Source: Azolla caroliniana
Lineage: Eukaryota; Plantae; Polypodiophyta
Direction of reading: 5' to 3'
Assembly: GCA_043228905.1 (NCBI GenBank)
Contig: JBHGNT010000468.1
Location: 1 to 23,735, forward strand
DNA: 23,735 bases
In this document: one piece after another, positions 13,173 through 23,735 of the stretch
Position numbering within the stretch: position 1 is the first letter of the stretch
Layout: each line of letters begins with the position of its first letter
The notes under the pieces: generated by a model
What the model was told of the DNA's origin: nothing
Databases searched by the model: none
What the model saw: the letters and a program-made list of their open reading frames with translations, nothing else
Program-made: the position numbers and the translations under genes

Positions 13173-16100
13173 ATTCGCATGTTTGAACACAAAAATCCGA
13201 TATCACACGAGCCAGGTATGAACATTTTAATTTACTCAAGCGCTCCTCTCAACTCGCTCCTCAAATTTGGTAATTTCATCATGTCTCTCGACCTGAGTTT
13301 AAAAATCTTGATTTATTAATTCCATATCATAGCTAGCGTTGTTAGCTTCGATTCGCATGTTTGAACACAAAATCGGATATTACACGCGCTAGGTATGAAC
13401 ATTTTAATTTACTCAAGGGCTCCTCTCAACTCCCTCCTCAAATTTGCTAATTCGGTCACGTCTCTCGACCTGAGTTTCAAAATCTTGATTTTTTAATTCT
13501 ATATCATAGCTAGCGTTGTTACCTTCGATTCGCATGTTTGAACACAAAAATCGGATATTACACGCGCTAGGTATGAACATTTTAATTTACTCAAGGGCTC
13601 CTCTCAACTCCCTCCTCAAATTTGGTAATTTCGTCATGTCTCTCGACCTGAGTTTCAAAATCTTGATTTTTAAATTCCATATCATAGCTAGCGTTGTTAG
13701 CTTCGATTCGCATGTTTGAACACAAAAATCCGATATCACACGAGCCAGGTATGAACATTTTAATTTACTCAAGCGCTCCTCTCAACTCGCTCCTCAAATT
13801 TGGTAATTTCATCATGTCTCTCGACCTGAGTTTAAAAATCCTGAGTTTTTAATTCAATATCATAGCTAGCGTTGTTAGCTTCGATTCGCATGTTTGAACA
13901 CAAAAATCCGATATGACACGAGCCAGGTATGAACATTTTAATTTACTCACGGGCTCCTCTCAACTCACTCCTCAAATTTGGTAATTTCGTCATGTCTCTC
14001 GACCTGAGTTTCAAAATCTTGATTTTTCAATTCCATATCATCGCTAGCGTTGTTAGCTTCGATTCGCATGTTTGAACACAAAAATCCGATATCACACGAT
14101 CCAGGTATGAACATTTTAATTTACTCAAGGGCTCCTCTCAGCTCACTCCTCAAATTTGGTAATTTCATCATGTCTCTCGACCTGAGTATCAAAATCTTGA
14201 TTTTTGAATTCCATATCATAGCTAGCGTTGTTAGCTTCGATTCGCATGTTTGAACACAAAAATCGGATATTACACAAGCCAGGTATGAACATTTTAATTT
14301 ACTCAAGGGTTCCTCTCAACTCACTCCTCAAATTTGGTAATTTCATCATGTCTCTCGACCTGAGTTTCAAAATCTTGATTTTTGAATTCCATATCATAGC
14401 TAGCGTTGTTAGCTTCGATTCGCATGTTTGAACACAAAAATCCGATATCACACGAGCCAGGTATGAACATTTTAATTTACTCAAGGGTTCCTCTCAACTC
14501 CCTCCCTATGTTTGGTAATTTCATCATGTCTCTCCACCTGAGTTTCAAAATCTTGATTTTTGAATTCCATATCATAGCTAGCGTTGTTAGCCTCGATTCG
14601 CATGTTTGAACACAAAAATCCGATATCACACGAGCCAGGTATGAACATTTTAATTTACTCAAGGGTTCCTCTCAACTCCCTCCCTATGTTTGGTAATTTC
14701 ATCATGTCTCTCGACCTGAGTTTAAAAATCTTGATTTATTAATTCCATATCATAGCTAGCGTTGCTAGCATCAATTCGCATGTTTGAACACAAAAATCCG
14801 ATATCACACGAGCCAGGTATGAACATTTTAATTTACTCAAGGGTTCCTCTCAACTCACTCCTCAAATTTGGTAATTTCATCATGTCTCTCGACCTGAGTT
14901 TCAAAATCTTGATTTTTGAATTCCATATCATAGCTAGCGTTGTTAGCTTCGATTCGCATGTTTGAACACAAAAATCCGATATCACACGAGCCAGGTATGA
15001 ACATTTTAATTTACTCAAGGGTTCCTCTCAACTCCCTCCCTATGTTTGGTAATTTCATCATGTCTCTCCACCTGAGTTTCAAAATCTTGATTTTTGAATT
15101 CCATATCATAGCTAGCGTTGTTAGCCTCGATTCGCATGTTTGAACACAAAAATCCGATATCACACGAGCCAGGTATGAACATTTTAATTTACTCAAGGGT
15201 TCCTCTCAACTCCCTCCCTATGTTTGGTAATTTCATCATGTCTCTCGACCTGAGTTTAAAAATCTTGATTTATTAATTCCATATCATAGCTAGCGTTGCT
15301 AGCATCAATTCGCATGTTTGAACACAAAAATCGGATATTACACGAGCCAGGTATGAACATTTTAATTTACTCAAGGGCTCCTCTCAACTCACTCCTCAAA
15401 TTTGGTAATTTCGTCATGTCTCTCGACCTGAGTTTCAAAATCTTGATTTTTGAATTCCATATCATAGCTAGCGTTGTTAGCTTCGATTCGCATGTTTGAA
15501 CACAAAAATCCGATATCACACGAGCCAGGTATGAACATTTTAATTTACTCAAGGGCTCCTCTCAACTCACTACTCATGTTTGCTAATTTCGTCATGTCTC
15601 TCGACCTGAGTTTGAAAATCTTGATTTTTGAATTCCATATCATAGCTAGGGTTGTTAGCTTCGATTCGCATGTTTGAACACAAAAATCCGATATCACACG
15701 AGCCAGGTATGAACATTTTAATTTACTCAAGGGCTCCTCTCAACTCACTCCTCAAATTTGGTAATTTCGTCATGTCTCTCGACCTGAGTTTCAAAATCTT
15801 GATTTTTGAATTCCATATCATAGCTAGCGTTGTTAGCTTCGATTCGCATGTTTGAACACAAAAATCCGATATCACACGAGCCAGGTATGAACATTTTAAT
15901 TTACTCAAGGGTTCCTCTCAACTCACTCCTCAAATTTGGTAATTTCATCATGTCTCTCGACCTGAGTTTCAAAATCTTGATTTTTGAATTCCATATCATA
16001 GCTAGCGTTGTTAGCTTCGATTCGCATGTTTGAACACAAACATCGGATATTACACGCGCTAGGTATGAACATTTTAATTTACTCAAGGGCTCCTCTCAAC

Positions 16101-17330
16101 TCACTCCTCAAATTTGCTAATTTCGTGATGTCTCTCCACCTGAGTTTCAAAATCTTGATTTTTGAATTCCATATCATAGCTAGCGTTGTTAGCCTCGATT
16201 CGCATGTTTGAACACAAAAATCCGATATCACACAAGCCAGGTATGAACATTTTAATTTACTCAAGCGCTCCTCTCAACTCGCTCCTCAAATTTGGTAATT
16301 TCATCATGTCTCTCGACCTGAGTTTAAAAATCTTGATTTATTAATTCCATATCATAGCTAGCGTTGTTAGCTTCGATTCGCATGTTTGAACACAAAAATC
16401 GGATATTACACGCGCTAGGTATGAACATTTTAATTTACTCAAGGGCTCCTCTCAACTCCCTCCTCAAATTTGCTAATTCGGTCACGTCTCTCGACCTGAG
16501 TTTCAAAATCTTGATTTTTTAATTCTATATCATAGCTAGCGTTGTTAGCTTCGATTCGCATGTTTGAACACAAAAATCGGATATTACACGCGCTAGGTAT
16601 GAACATTTTAATTTACTCAAGGGCTCCTCTCAACTCCCTCCTCAAATTTGGTAATTTCGTCATGTCTCTCGACCTGAGTTTCAAAATCTTGATTTTTAAA
16701 TTCCATATCATAGCTAGCGTTGTTAGCTTCGATTCGCATGTTTGAACACAAAAATCCGATATCACACGAGCCAGGTATGAACATTTTAATTTACTCAAGC
16801 GCTCCTCTCAACTCGCTCCTCAAATTTGGTAATTTCATCATGTCTCTCGACCTGAGTTTAAAAATCCTGAGTTTTTAATTCAATATCATAGCTAGCGTTG
16901 TTAGCTTCGATTCGCATGTTTGAACACAAAAATCCGATATGACACGAGCCAGGTATGAACATTTTAATTTACTCACGGGCTCCTCTCAACTCACTCCTCA
17001 AATTTGGTAATTTCGTCATGTCTCTCGACCTGAGTTTCAAAATCTTGATTTTTCAATTCCATATCATCGCTAGCGTTGTTAGCTTCGATTCGCATGTTTG
17101 AACACAAAAATCCGATATCACACGATCCAGGTATGAACATTTTAATTTACTCAAGGGCTCCTCTCAGCTCACTCCTCAAATTTGGTAATTTCATCATGTC
17201 TCTCGACCTGAGTATCAAAATCTTGATTTTTGAATTCCATATCATAGCTAGCGTTGTTAGCTTCGATTCGCATGTTTGAACACAAAAATCGGATATTACA
17301 CAAGCCAGGTATGAACATTTTAATTTACTC
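13173..17330. repeat. ~6.5-monomer block (13173-~14305) duplicated at ~16198-17330 (offset 3026 bp = 17 monomers)
   Basis: Private variants are shared: CCTGAGTTTTTAATTCAA, ATATGACACG, ACTCACGGG, ATCGCTAGC, ACGATCC, GAGTATC, CGGATATTACACAAGCC. ORF pairs 13516/16542 and 14050/17076 are 3026 apart. Confidence 0.9.
14280..15307. repeat. Tandem 3-monomer HOR (534-bp period), two copies
   Basis: Variants CTCCACC, AGCCTCG and GTTGCTAGCATCAATT each recur 534 bp apart (e.g. 14761 and 15295). ORFs 14406 and 14940 are identical. Confidence 0.88.
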
Positions 17331-18324
17331 AAGGGCTCCTCTCAACTCACTACTCATGTTTGCTAATTTCGTCATGTCTCTCGACCTGAGTTTCAAAATC
17401 TTGATTTTTGAATTCCATATCATAGCTAGCGTTGGTAGCTTCGATTCGCATGTTTGAACACAAAAATCCGATATCACACGAGCCAGGTATGAACATTTTA
17501 ATTTACTCAAGGGCTGCTCTCAACTCACTACTCATGTTTGCTAATTTCGTCATGTCTCTCGACCTAAGTTTCAAAATCTTGATTTTTGAATTCCATAACA
17601 TAGGTAGCGTTGTTAGCTTCGATTCGCATGTTTGAACACAAAAAGCCGATATCACACGAGCCAGGTATGACCATTTTAATTTACTCAAGGGCTCCTCTTA
17701 GCTCACTCCTCAAATTTGGTAATTTCATCATGTCTCTCGACCTGAGTTTCAAAATCTTGATTTTTGAATTCCATATAATAGCTAGCGTTGTTAGCTTCGA
17801 TTCGCATGTTTGAACACAAAAATCGGATATCACACGAGCCAGGTATGAACATTTTAATTTACTCAAGGGCTCCTCTCAACTCACTACTCATGTTTGGTAA
17901 TTTCATCATGTCTCTCGACCTGAGTTTCAAAATCTTGATTTATTAATTCCATATCATATCTAGCGTTGTTACCTTCGATTCGCATGTTTGAACACAAAAA
18001 TCCGATATCACACGAGCCAGGTATGAACATTTTAATTTACTCAAGGGCTCCTCTCAACTCACTACTCATGTTTGCTAATTTCGTCATGTCTCTCGACCTG
18101 AGTTTCAAAATCTTGATTTATTAATTCCATATCATAGCTAGCGTTGTTACCTTCGATTCGCATGTTTGAACACAAAAATCCGATATCACACGAGCCAGGT
18201 ATGAACATTTTAATTTACTCAAGGGCTCCTCTCAACTCACTACTCATGTTTGCTAATTTCGTCATGTCTCTCGACCTGAGTTTCAAAATCTTGATTTATT
18301 AATTCCATATCATAGCTAGCGTTG

Positions 18325-18339
18325 AACATGTTTGATAGC
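18325..18339. other. 15-nt filler AACATGTTTGATAGC replacing TTA (net +12 bp; 190-bp monomer)
   Basis: Reads GCGTTG-AACATGTTTGATAGC-GCTTCG against consensus GCGTTG-TTA-GCTTCG. Repeat phase shifts by +12. Confidence 0.93.
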
Positions 18340-19810
18340 GCTTCGATTCGCATGTTTGAACACAAAAATCCGATATCACACGAGCCAGGTATGAACATTT
18401 TAATTTACTCAAGCGCTCCTCTCAACTCACTACTCATATTTGCTAATTTCTTCATGTCTCTCGACCTGAGTTTCGAAATCTTGATTTTCTAATTCCATAT
18501 CATAGCTAGCGTTGTTAGCTTCGATTCGCATGTTTGAACACAAAAATCCGATATCACACGAGCCAGGTATGAACATTTTAATTTACTCAAGGGCTGCTCT
18601 CAACTCACTACTCATGTTTGCTAATTTCGTCATGTCTCTCGACCTGAATTTCAAAATCTTGATTTTTGAATTCCATATCATAGCTAGCGTTGGTAGCTTT
18701 GATTCGCATGTTTGAACACAAAAATCCGATATCACACGAGCCAGGTATGAACATTTTAATTTACTCAAGGATTCCTCTCAACTCACTCCTCAAATTTGGT
18801 AATTTCATCATGTCTGTCGACCTGAGTTTAAAAATCTTGATTTATAAATTCCATATCATAGCTAGCGTTGTTAGCTTCGATTCGCATGTTTGAACACAAA
18901 AATCCGATATCACACGAGCCAGGTATGAACATTTTAATTTACTCAAGCGCTCCTCTCAACTCACTACTCATGTTTGCTAATTTCGTCATGTCTCTCGACC
19001 TGAGTTTGAAAATCTTGATTTTTGAATGCCATATCATAGCTAGGGTTGTTAGCTTCGATTCGCATGTTTGAACACAAAAATCCGATATCACACGAGCCAG
19101 GTATGAACATTTTAATTTACTCAAGGGCTGCTCTCAACTCACTCCTCAAATTTGGTAATTTCATCATGTCTCTCGACCTGAGTTTCAAAATCTTGATTTA
19201 TTAATTCCATATCATAGCTACCGTTGTTAGCTTCGATTCGCATGTTTGAACACAAAAATCCGATATCACACGAGCCAGGTATGAACATTTTAATTTACTC
19301 AAGGGCTCCTGTCAACTCACTACTCATGTTTGCTAATTTCGTCATGTCTCTCCACCTGAGTTTCAAAATCTTGATTTTTGAATTCCATATCATAGCTAGC
19401 GTTGTTAGCTTCGATTCGCATGTTTGAACACAAAAATCGGATATTACACGCGCTAGGTATGAACATTTTAATTTACTCAAGGGCTGCTCTCAACTCACTA
19501 CTCATGTTTGCTAATTTCGTCATGTCTCTCCACCTGAGTTTCAAAATCTTGATTTTTGAATTCCATATCATAGCTAGCGTTGTTAGCTTCGATTCCATGT
19601 TTGAACACAAAAATCCGATATCACACGAGCCAGGTATGAACATTTTAATTTACTCAAGGGTTCCTCTCAACTCACTCCTCAAATTTGCTAATTTCGTCAT
19701 GTCTCTCCACCTGAGTTTCAAAATCTTGATTTTTGAATTCCATATCATAGCTAGCGTTGTTAGCCTCGATTCGCATGTTTGAACACAAAAATCCGATATC
19801 ACACGAGCCA

Positions 19811-19886
19811 GGTATGAACATTTTAATTTACTCAAGGGTTCCTCTCAAGGTATGAACATTTTAATTTACTCAAGCGCTCCTCTCAA
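19811..19886. other. 38-bp segment present twice in tandem, giving a 216-bp monomer
   Basis: GGTATGAACATTTTAATTTACTCAAGGGTTCCTCTCAA (19811-19848) is followed by GGTATGAACATTTTAATTTACTCAAGCGCTCCTCTCAA (19849-19886). Confidence 0.93.
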
Positions 19887-21221
19887 CTCGCTCTTCAAAT
19901 TTGGTAATTTCGTCATGTCTCTCCACCTGAGTTTCAAAATCTTGATTTTTGAATTCCATATCATAGCTAGCGTTGTTAGCCAAGATTCGCATGTTTGAAC
20001 ACAAAAATCCGATATCAAACGAGCCAGGTATGAACATTTTAATTTACTCAAGGGTTCCTCTCAACTCACTCCTCAAATTTGCTAATTCGGTCACGTCTCT
20101 CGACCTGAGTTTAAAAATCTTGATTTTTTAATTCTATATCATAGCTAGCGTTGTTAGCTTCGATTCGCATGTTTGAACACAAAAATCGGATATTACACGC
20201 GCTAGGTATGAACATTTTAATTTACTCAAGGGCTCCTCTCAACTCACTCCTCAAATTTGGTAATTTCGTCATGTCTCTCGACCTGAGTTTCAAAATCTTG
20301 ATTTTTGAATTGCATATCATAGCTAGCGTTGGTAGCTTCGATTCGCATGTTTGAACACAAAAATCCGATATCACACGAGCCAGGTATGAACATTTTAATT
20401 TACTCAAGGGCTGCTTTCAACTCACTACTCATGTTTGCTAATTTCGTCATGTCTCTCGACCTAAGTTTCAAAATCTTGATTTTTGAATTCCATAACATAG
20501 GTAGCGTTGTTAGCTTCGATTCGCATGTTTGAACACAAAAAGCCGATATCACACGAGCCAGGTATGACCATTTTAATTTACTCAAGGGCTCCTCTTAGCT
20601 CACTCCTCAAATTTGGTAATTTCATCATGTCTCTCGACCTGAGTTTCAAAATCTTGATTTTTGAATTCCATATAATAGCTAGCGTTGTTAGCTTCGATTC
20701 GCATGTTTGAACACAAAAATCGGATATCACACGAGCCAGGTATGAACATTTTAATTTACTCAAGGGCTCCTCTCAACTCACTACTCATGTTTGGTAATTT
20801 CATCATGTCTCTCGACCTGAGTTTCAAAATCTTGATTTATTAATTCCATATCATATCTAGCGTTGTTACCTTCGATTCGCATGTTTGAACACAAAAATCC
20901 GATATCACACGAGCCAGGTATGAACATTTTAATTTACTCAAGGGCTCCTCTCAACTCACTACTCATGTTTGCTAATTTCGTCATGTCTCTCGACCTGAGT
21001 TTCAAAATCTGGATTTATTAATTCGATATCATAGCTAGCGTTGTTACCTTCGATTCGCATGTTTGAACACAAAAATCCGATATCACACGAGCCAGGTATG
21101 AACATTTTAATTTACTCAAGGGCTCCTCTCAACTCACTACTCATGTTTGCTAATTTCGTCATGTCTCTCGACCTGAGTTTCAAAATCTTGATTTATTAAT
21201 TCCATATCATAGCTAGCGTTG

Positions 21222-21236
21222 AACATGTTTGATAGC
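21222..21236. other. Second copy of the 15-nt filler (net +12 bp)
   Basis: Identical to 18325-18339, 2897 bp downstream. Confidence 0.93.
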
Positions 21237-21996
21237 GCTTCGATTCGCATGTTTGAAGACAAAAATCCGATATCACACGAGCCAGGTATGAACATTTTAA
21301 TTTACTCAAGCGCTCCTCTCAACTCACTACTCATATTTGCTAATTTCGTCATGTCTCTCGACCTGAGTTTCAAAATCTTGATTTTCTAATTCCATATCAT
21401 AGCTAGCGTTGTTAGCTTCGATTCGCATGTTTGAACACAAAAATCCGATATCACACGAGCCAGGTATGAACATTTTAATTTACTCAAGGGTTCCTCTCAA
21501 CTCACTCCTCAAATTTGCTAATTTCGTCATCTCTCTCGACCGGAGTTTCAAAATCTTGATTTATTAATTCCATATCATAGCTAGCGTTGTTAGCTTCGAT
21601 TCGCATGTTTGGACACAAAAATCCGATATCACACGAGCCAGGTATGAACATTTTAATTTACTCAAGGGTTCCTCTCAACTCCCTCCCTATGTTTGGTAAT
21701 TTCATCATGTCTCTCCACCTGAGTTTCAAAATCTTGATTTTTGAATTCCATATCATAGCTAGCGTTGTTAGCTTCGATTCGCATGTTTGAACACAAAAAT
21801 CCGATATCACACGAGCCAGGTATGAACATTTTAATTTACTCAAGCGCTCCTCTCAACTCACTACTCATGTTTGCTAATTTCGTCATCTCTCTCGACCTGA
21901 GTTTCAAAATCTTGATTTTTGAATTCCATATCATAGCTAGCGTTGTTAGCCTCGATTCGCATGTTTGAACACAAAAATCCGATATCACACGAGCCA

Positions 21997-22072
21997 GGTA
22001 TGAACATTTTAATTTACTCAAGGGTTCCTCTCAAGGTATGAACATTTTAATTTACTCAAGCGCTCCTCTCAA
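21997..22072. other. Second copy of the 38-bp tandem segment (216-bp monomer)
   Basis: Identical junction CCTCTCAA|GGTATG at 22034/22035. Confidence 0.93.
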
Positions 22073-23735
22073 CTCGCTCTTCAAATTTGGTAATTTCGTC
22101 ATGTCTCTCCACCTGAGTTTCAAAATCTTGATTTTTGAATTCCATATCATAGCTAGCGTTGTTAGCCAAGATTCGCATGTTTGAACACAAAAATCCGATA
22201 TCAAACGAGCCAGGTATGAACATTTTAATTTACTCAAGGGTTCCTCTCAACTCACTCCTCAAATTTGCTAATTCGGTCACGTCTCTCGACCTGAGTTTAA
22301 AAATCTTGATTTTTTAATTCTATATCATAGCTAGCGTTGTTAGCTTCGATACGCATGTTTGAACACAAAAATCGGATATTACACGCGCTAGGTATGAACA
22401 TTTTAATTTACTCAAGGGCTCCTCTCAACTCACTCCTCAAATTTGGTAATTTCGTCATGTCTCTCGACCTGAGTTTCAAAATCTTGATTTTTGAATTGCA
22501 TATCATAGCTAGCGTTGGTAGCTTCGATTCGCATGTTTGAACACAAAAATCCGATATCACACGAGCCAGGTATGAACATTTTAATTTACTCAAGGGTTCC
22601 TCTCAACTCCCTCCCTATGTTTGGTAATTTCATCATGTCTCTCGACCTGAGTTTAAAAATCTTGATTTATTAATTCCATATCATAGCTAGCGTTGCTAGC
22701 ATCAATTCGCATGTTTGAACACAAAAATCGGATATTACACGAGCCAGGTATGAACATTTTAATTTACTCAAGGGCTCCTGTCAACTCACTCCTCAAATTT
22801 GGTAATTTCGTCATGTCTCTCGACCTGAGTTTCAAAATCTTGATTTTTGAATTCCATATCATAGCTAGCGTTGTTAGCTTCGATTCGCATGTTTGAACAC
22901 AAAAATCCGATATCACACGAGCCAGGTATGAACATTTTAATTTACTCAAGGGCTCCTCTCAACTCACTACTCATGTTTGCTAATTTCGTCATGTCTCTCG
23001 ACCTGAGTTTGAAAATCTTGATTTTTGAATTCCATATCATAGCTAGGGTTGTTAGCTTCGATTCGCATGTTTGAACACAAAAATCCGATATCACACGAGC
23101 CAGGTATGAACATTTTAATTTACTCAAGGGCTGCTCTCAACTCACTCCTCAAATTTGGTAATTTCATCATGTCTCTCGACCTGAGTTTCAAAATCTTGAT
23201 TTATTAATTCCATATCATAGCTACCGTTGTTAGCTTCGATTCGCATGTTTGAACACAAAAATCCGATATCACACGAGCCAGGTATGAACATTTTAATTTA
23301 CTCAAGGGCTCCTGTCAACTCACTACTCATGTTTGCTAATTTCGTCATGTCTCTCCACCTGAGTTTCAAAATCTTGATTTTTGAATTCTATATCATAGCT
23401 AGCGTTGTTAGCTTCGATTCGCATGTTTGAACACAAAAATCGGATATTACACGCGCTAGGTATGAACATTTTAATTTACTCAAGGGCTCCTCTCAACTCA
23501 CTCCTCAAATTTGGTAATTTCGTCATGTCTCTCGACCTGAGTTTCAAAATCTTGATTTTTGAATTCCATATCATAGCTAGCGTTGTTAGCTTTGATTCGC
23601 ATGTTTGAACACAAAAATCCGATATCACACGAGCCAGGTATGAACATTTTAATTTACTCAAGCGCTCCTCTCAACTCACTCCTCATGTTTGCTAATTTCG
23701 TCATCTCTCTCGACCTGAGTTTCAAAATCTTGATT

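Larger units (their letters stand above)
17432..21420. repeat. 6-monomer block (17432-18523) duplicated at 20329-21420 (offset 2897 bp), including the +12-bp insertion
   Basis: Private variants are shared: CTAAGTT, CATAACATAGGTAGC, AAAAGCCG, ATGACC, CTCTTAGC, ATATCTAGC, TTACCT, CATATTTG and the filler insertion. The offset equals 16x178+12-1+38. Confidence 0.92.
19757..22526. repeat. 3-monomer block (19757-20340) duplicated at 21943-22526 (offset 2186 bp), including the 216-bp monomer
   Basis: Shared 38-bp extra segment and variants CTCGCTCTTC, AGCCAAGATT, TATCAAACG, GAATTGC and GTTGGTAGC. The offset equals 12x178+12+38. Confidence 0.92.
1..23735. repeat. 178-bp tandem satellite DNA array, ~133 monomers, single orientation; probably centromeric, pericentromeric or other heterochromatic satellite; runs off both window ends
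   Basis: Consensus ATTCGCATGTTTGAACACAAAAATCCGATATCACACGAGCCAGGTATGAACATTTTAATTTACTCAAGGGYTCCTCTCAACTCACTCCTCAAATTTGGTAATTTCRTCATGTCTCTCGACCTGAGTTTCAAAATCTTGATTTTTGAATTCCATATCATAGCTAGCGTTGTTAGCTTCG recurs at 1, 179, 357 and so on. ORF-track starts fall at 167+178n. Phase shifts only at six indels: -1 at ~13370, +12 at ~18325, -1 at ~19595, +38 at ~19849, +12 at ~21222, +38 at ~22035. The centromeric role is inferred from monomer size only. Confidence 0.98.

Noticed and set aside
13369-13372. 1-bp deletion in the A5 run (177-bp monomer)
   Set aside because: It is a singleton in a homopolymer and is absent from the paralogous monomer at 16376. It could be a sequencing error, so I do not interpret it.
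18325-18339. Transposon insertion or excision footprint
   Set aside because: There is no clear target-site duplication, terminal repeat or foreign sequence. The inserted bases are explained by adjacent satellite sequence.
19402-19782. Longest ORF (126 aa)
   Set aside because: It results from a 1-bp deletion (GATTCGCATG>GATTCCATG at ~19595) that makes one unit 177 bp and fuses two repeat frames.
167-23661. Over 150 ORFs of 61, 67 and 96 aa on both strands (MLASIRMFEHK..., MSKLKCSYLAR...)
   Set aside because: They recur with the 178-bp period, which is not a multiple of 3. They start at TTG rather than ATG, overlap on both strands, and appear or vanish with single SNPs that create TAA. No recognisable domain. 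They are not a tandem gene family or toxin-antitoxin array.
1-23735. CRISPR array or other repeat-spacer system
   Set aside because: There are no unique spacers: the entire 178 bp is repeated with only SNP-level variation. No cas genes or leader.

Overview
The whole 23,735-bp window is one uninterrupted, head-to-tail tandem satellite array of about 133 monomers of 178 bp (about 38% GC by my count), all in the same orientation. I see no gene, transposon, RNA gene or CRISPR array. The 61-126 aa ORFs are artefacts that recur with the repeat. The monomer length and homogeneity fit a eukaryotic (peri)centromeric or other heterochromatic satellite, but I cannot assign species or family. I typed each monomer by its diagnostic variants (M1 starts at position 1, phase ATTCGCATG). 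This shows nested, irregular higher-order repeats (HORs): fixed dimers, a tandem 6-mer, a tandem 3-mer, and block duplications offset by 29, 9, 17, 16 and 12 monomers. The left ~13 kb is very homogeneous and indel-free. The right ~10.5 kb is more diverged and holds two structural lesions, each copied by a later duplication: a templated 15-nt filler (net +12 bp) and a 216-bp chimeric monomer. The monomer itself shows traces of an older dimer of roughly half-length subunits. All typing was done by eye.
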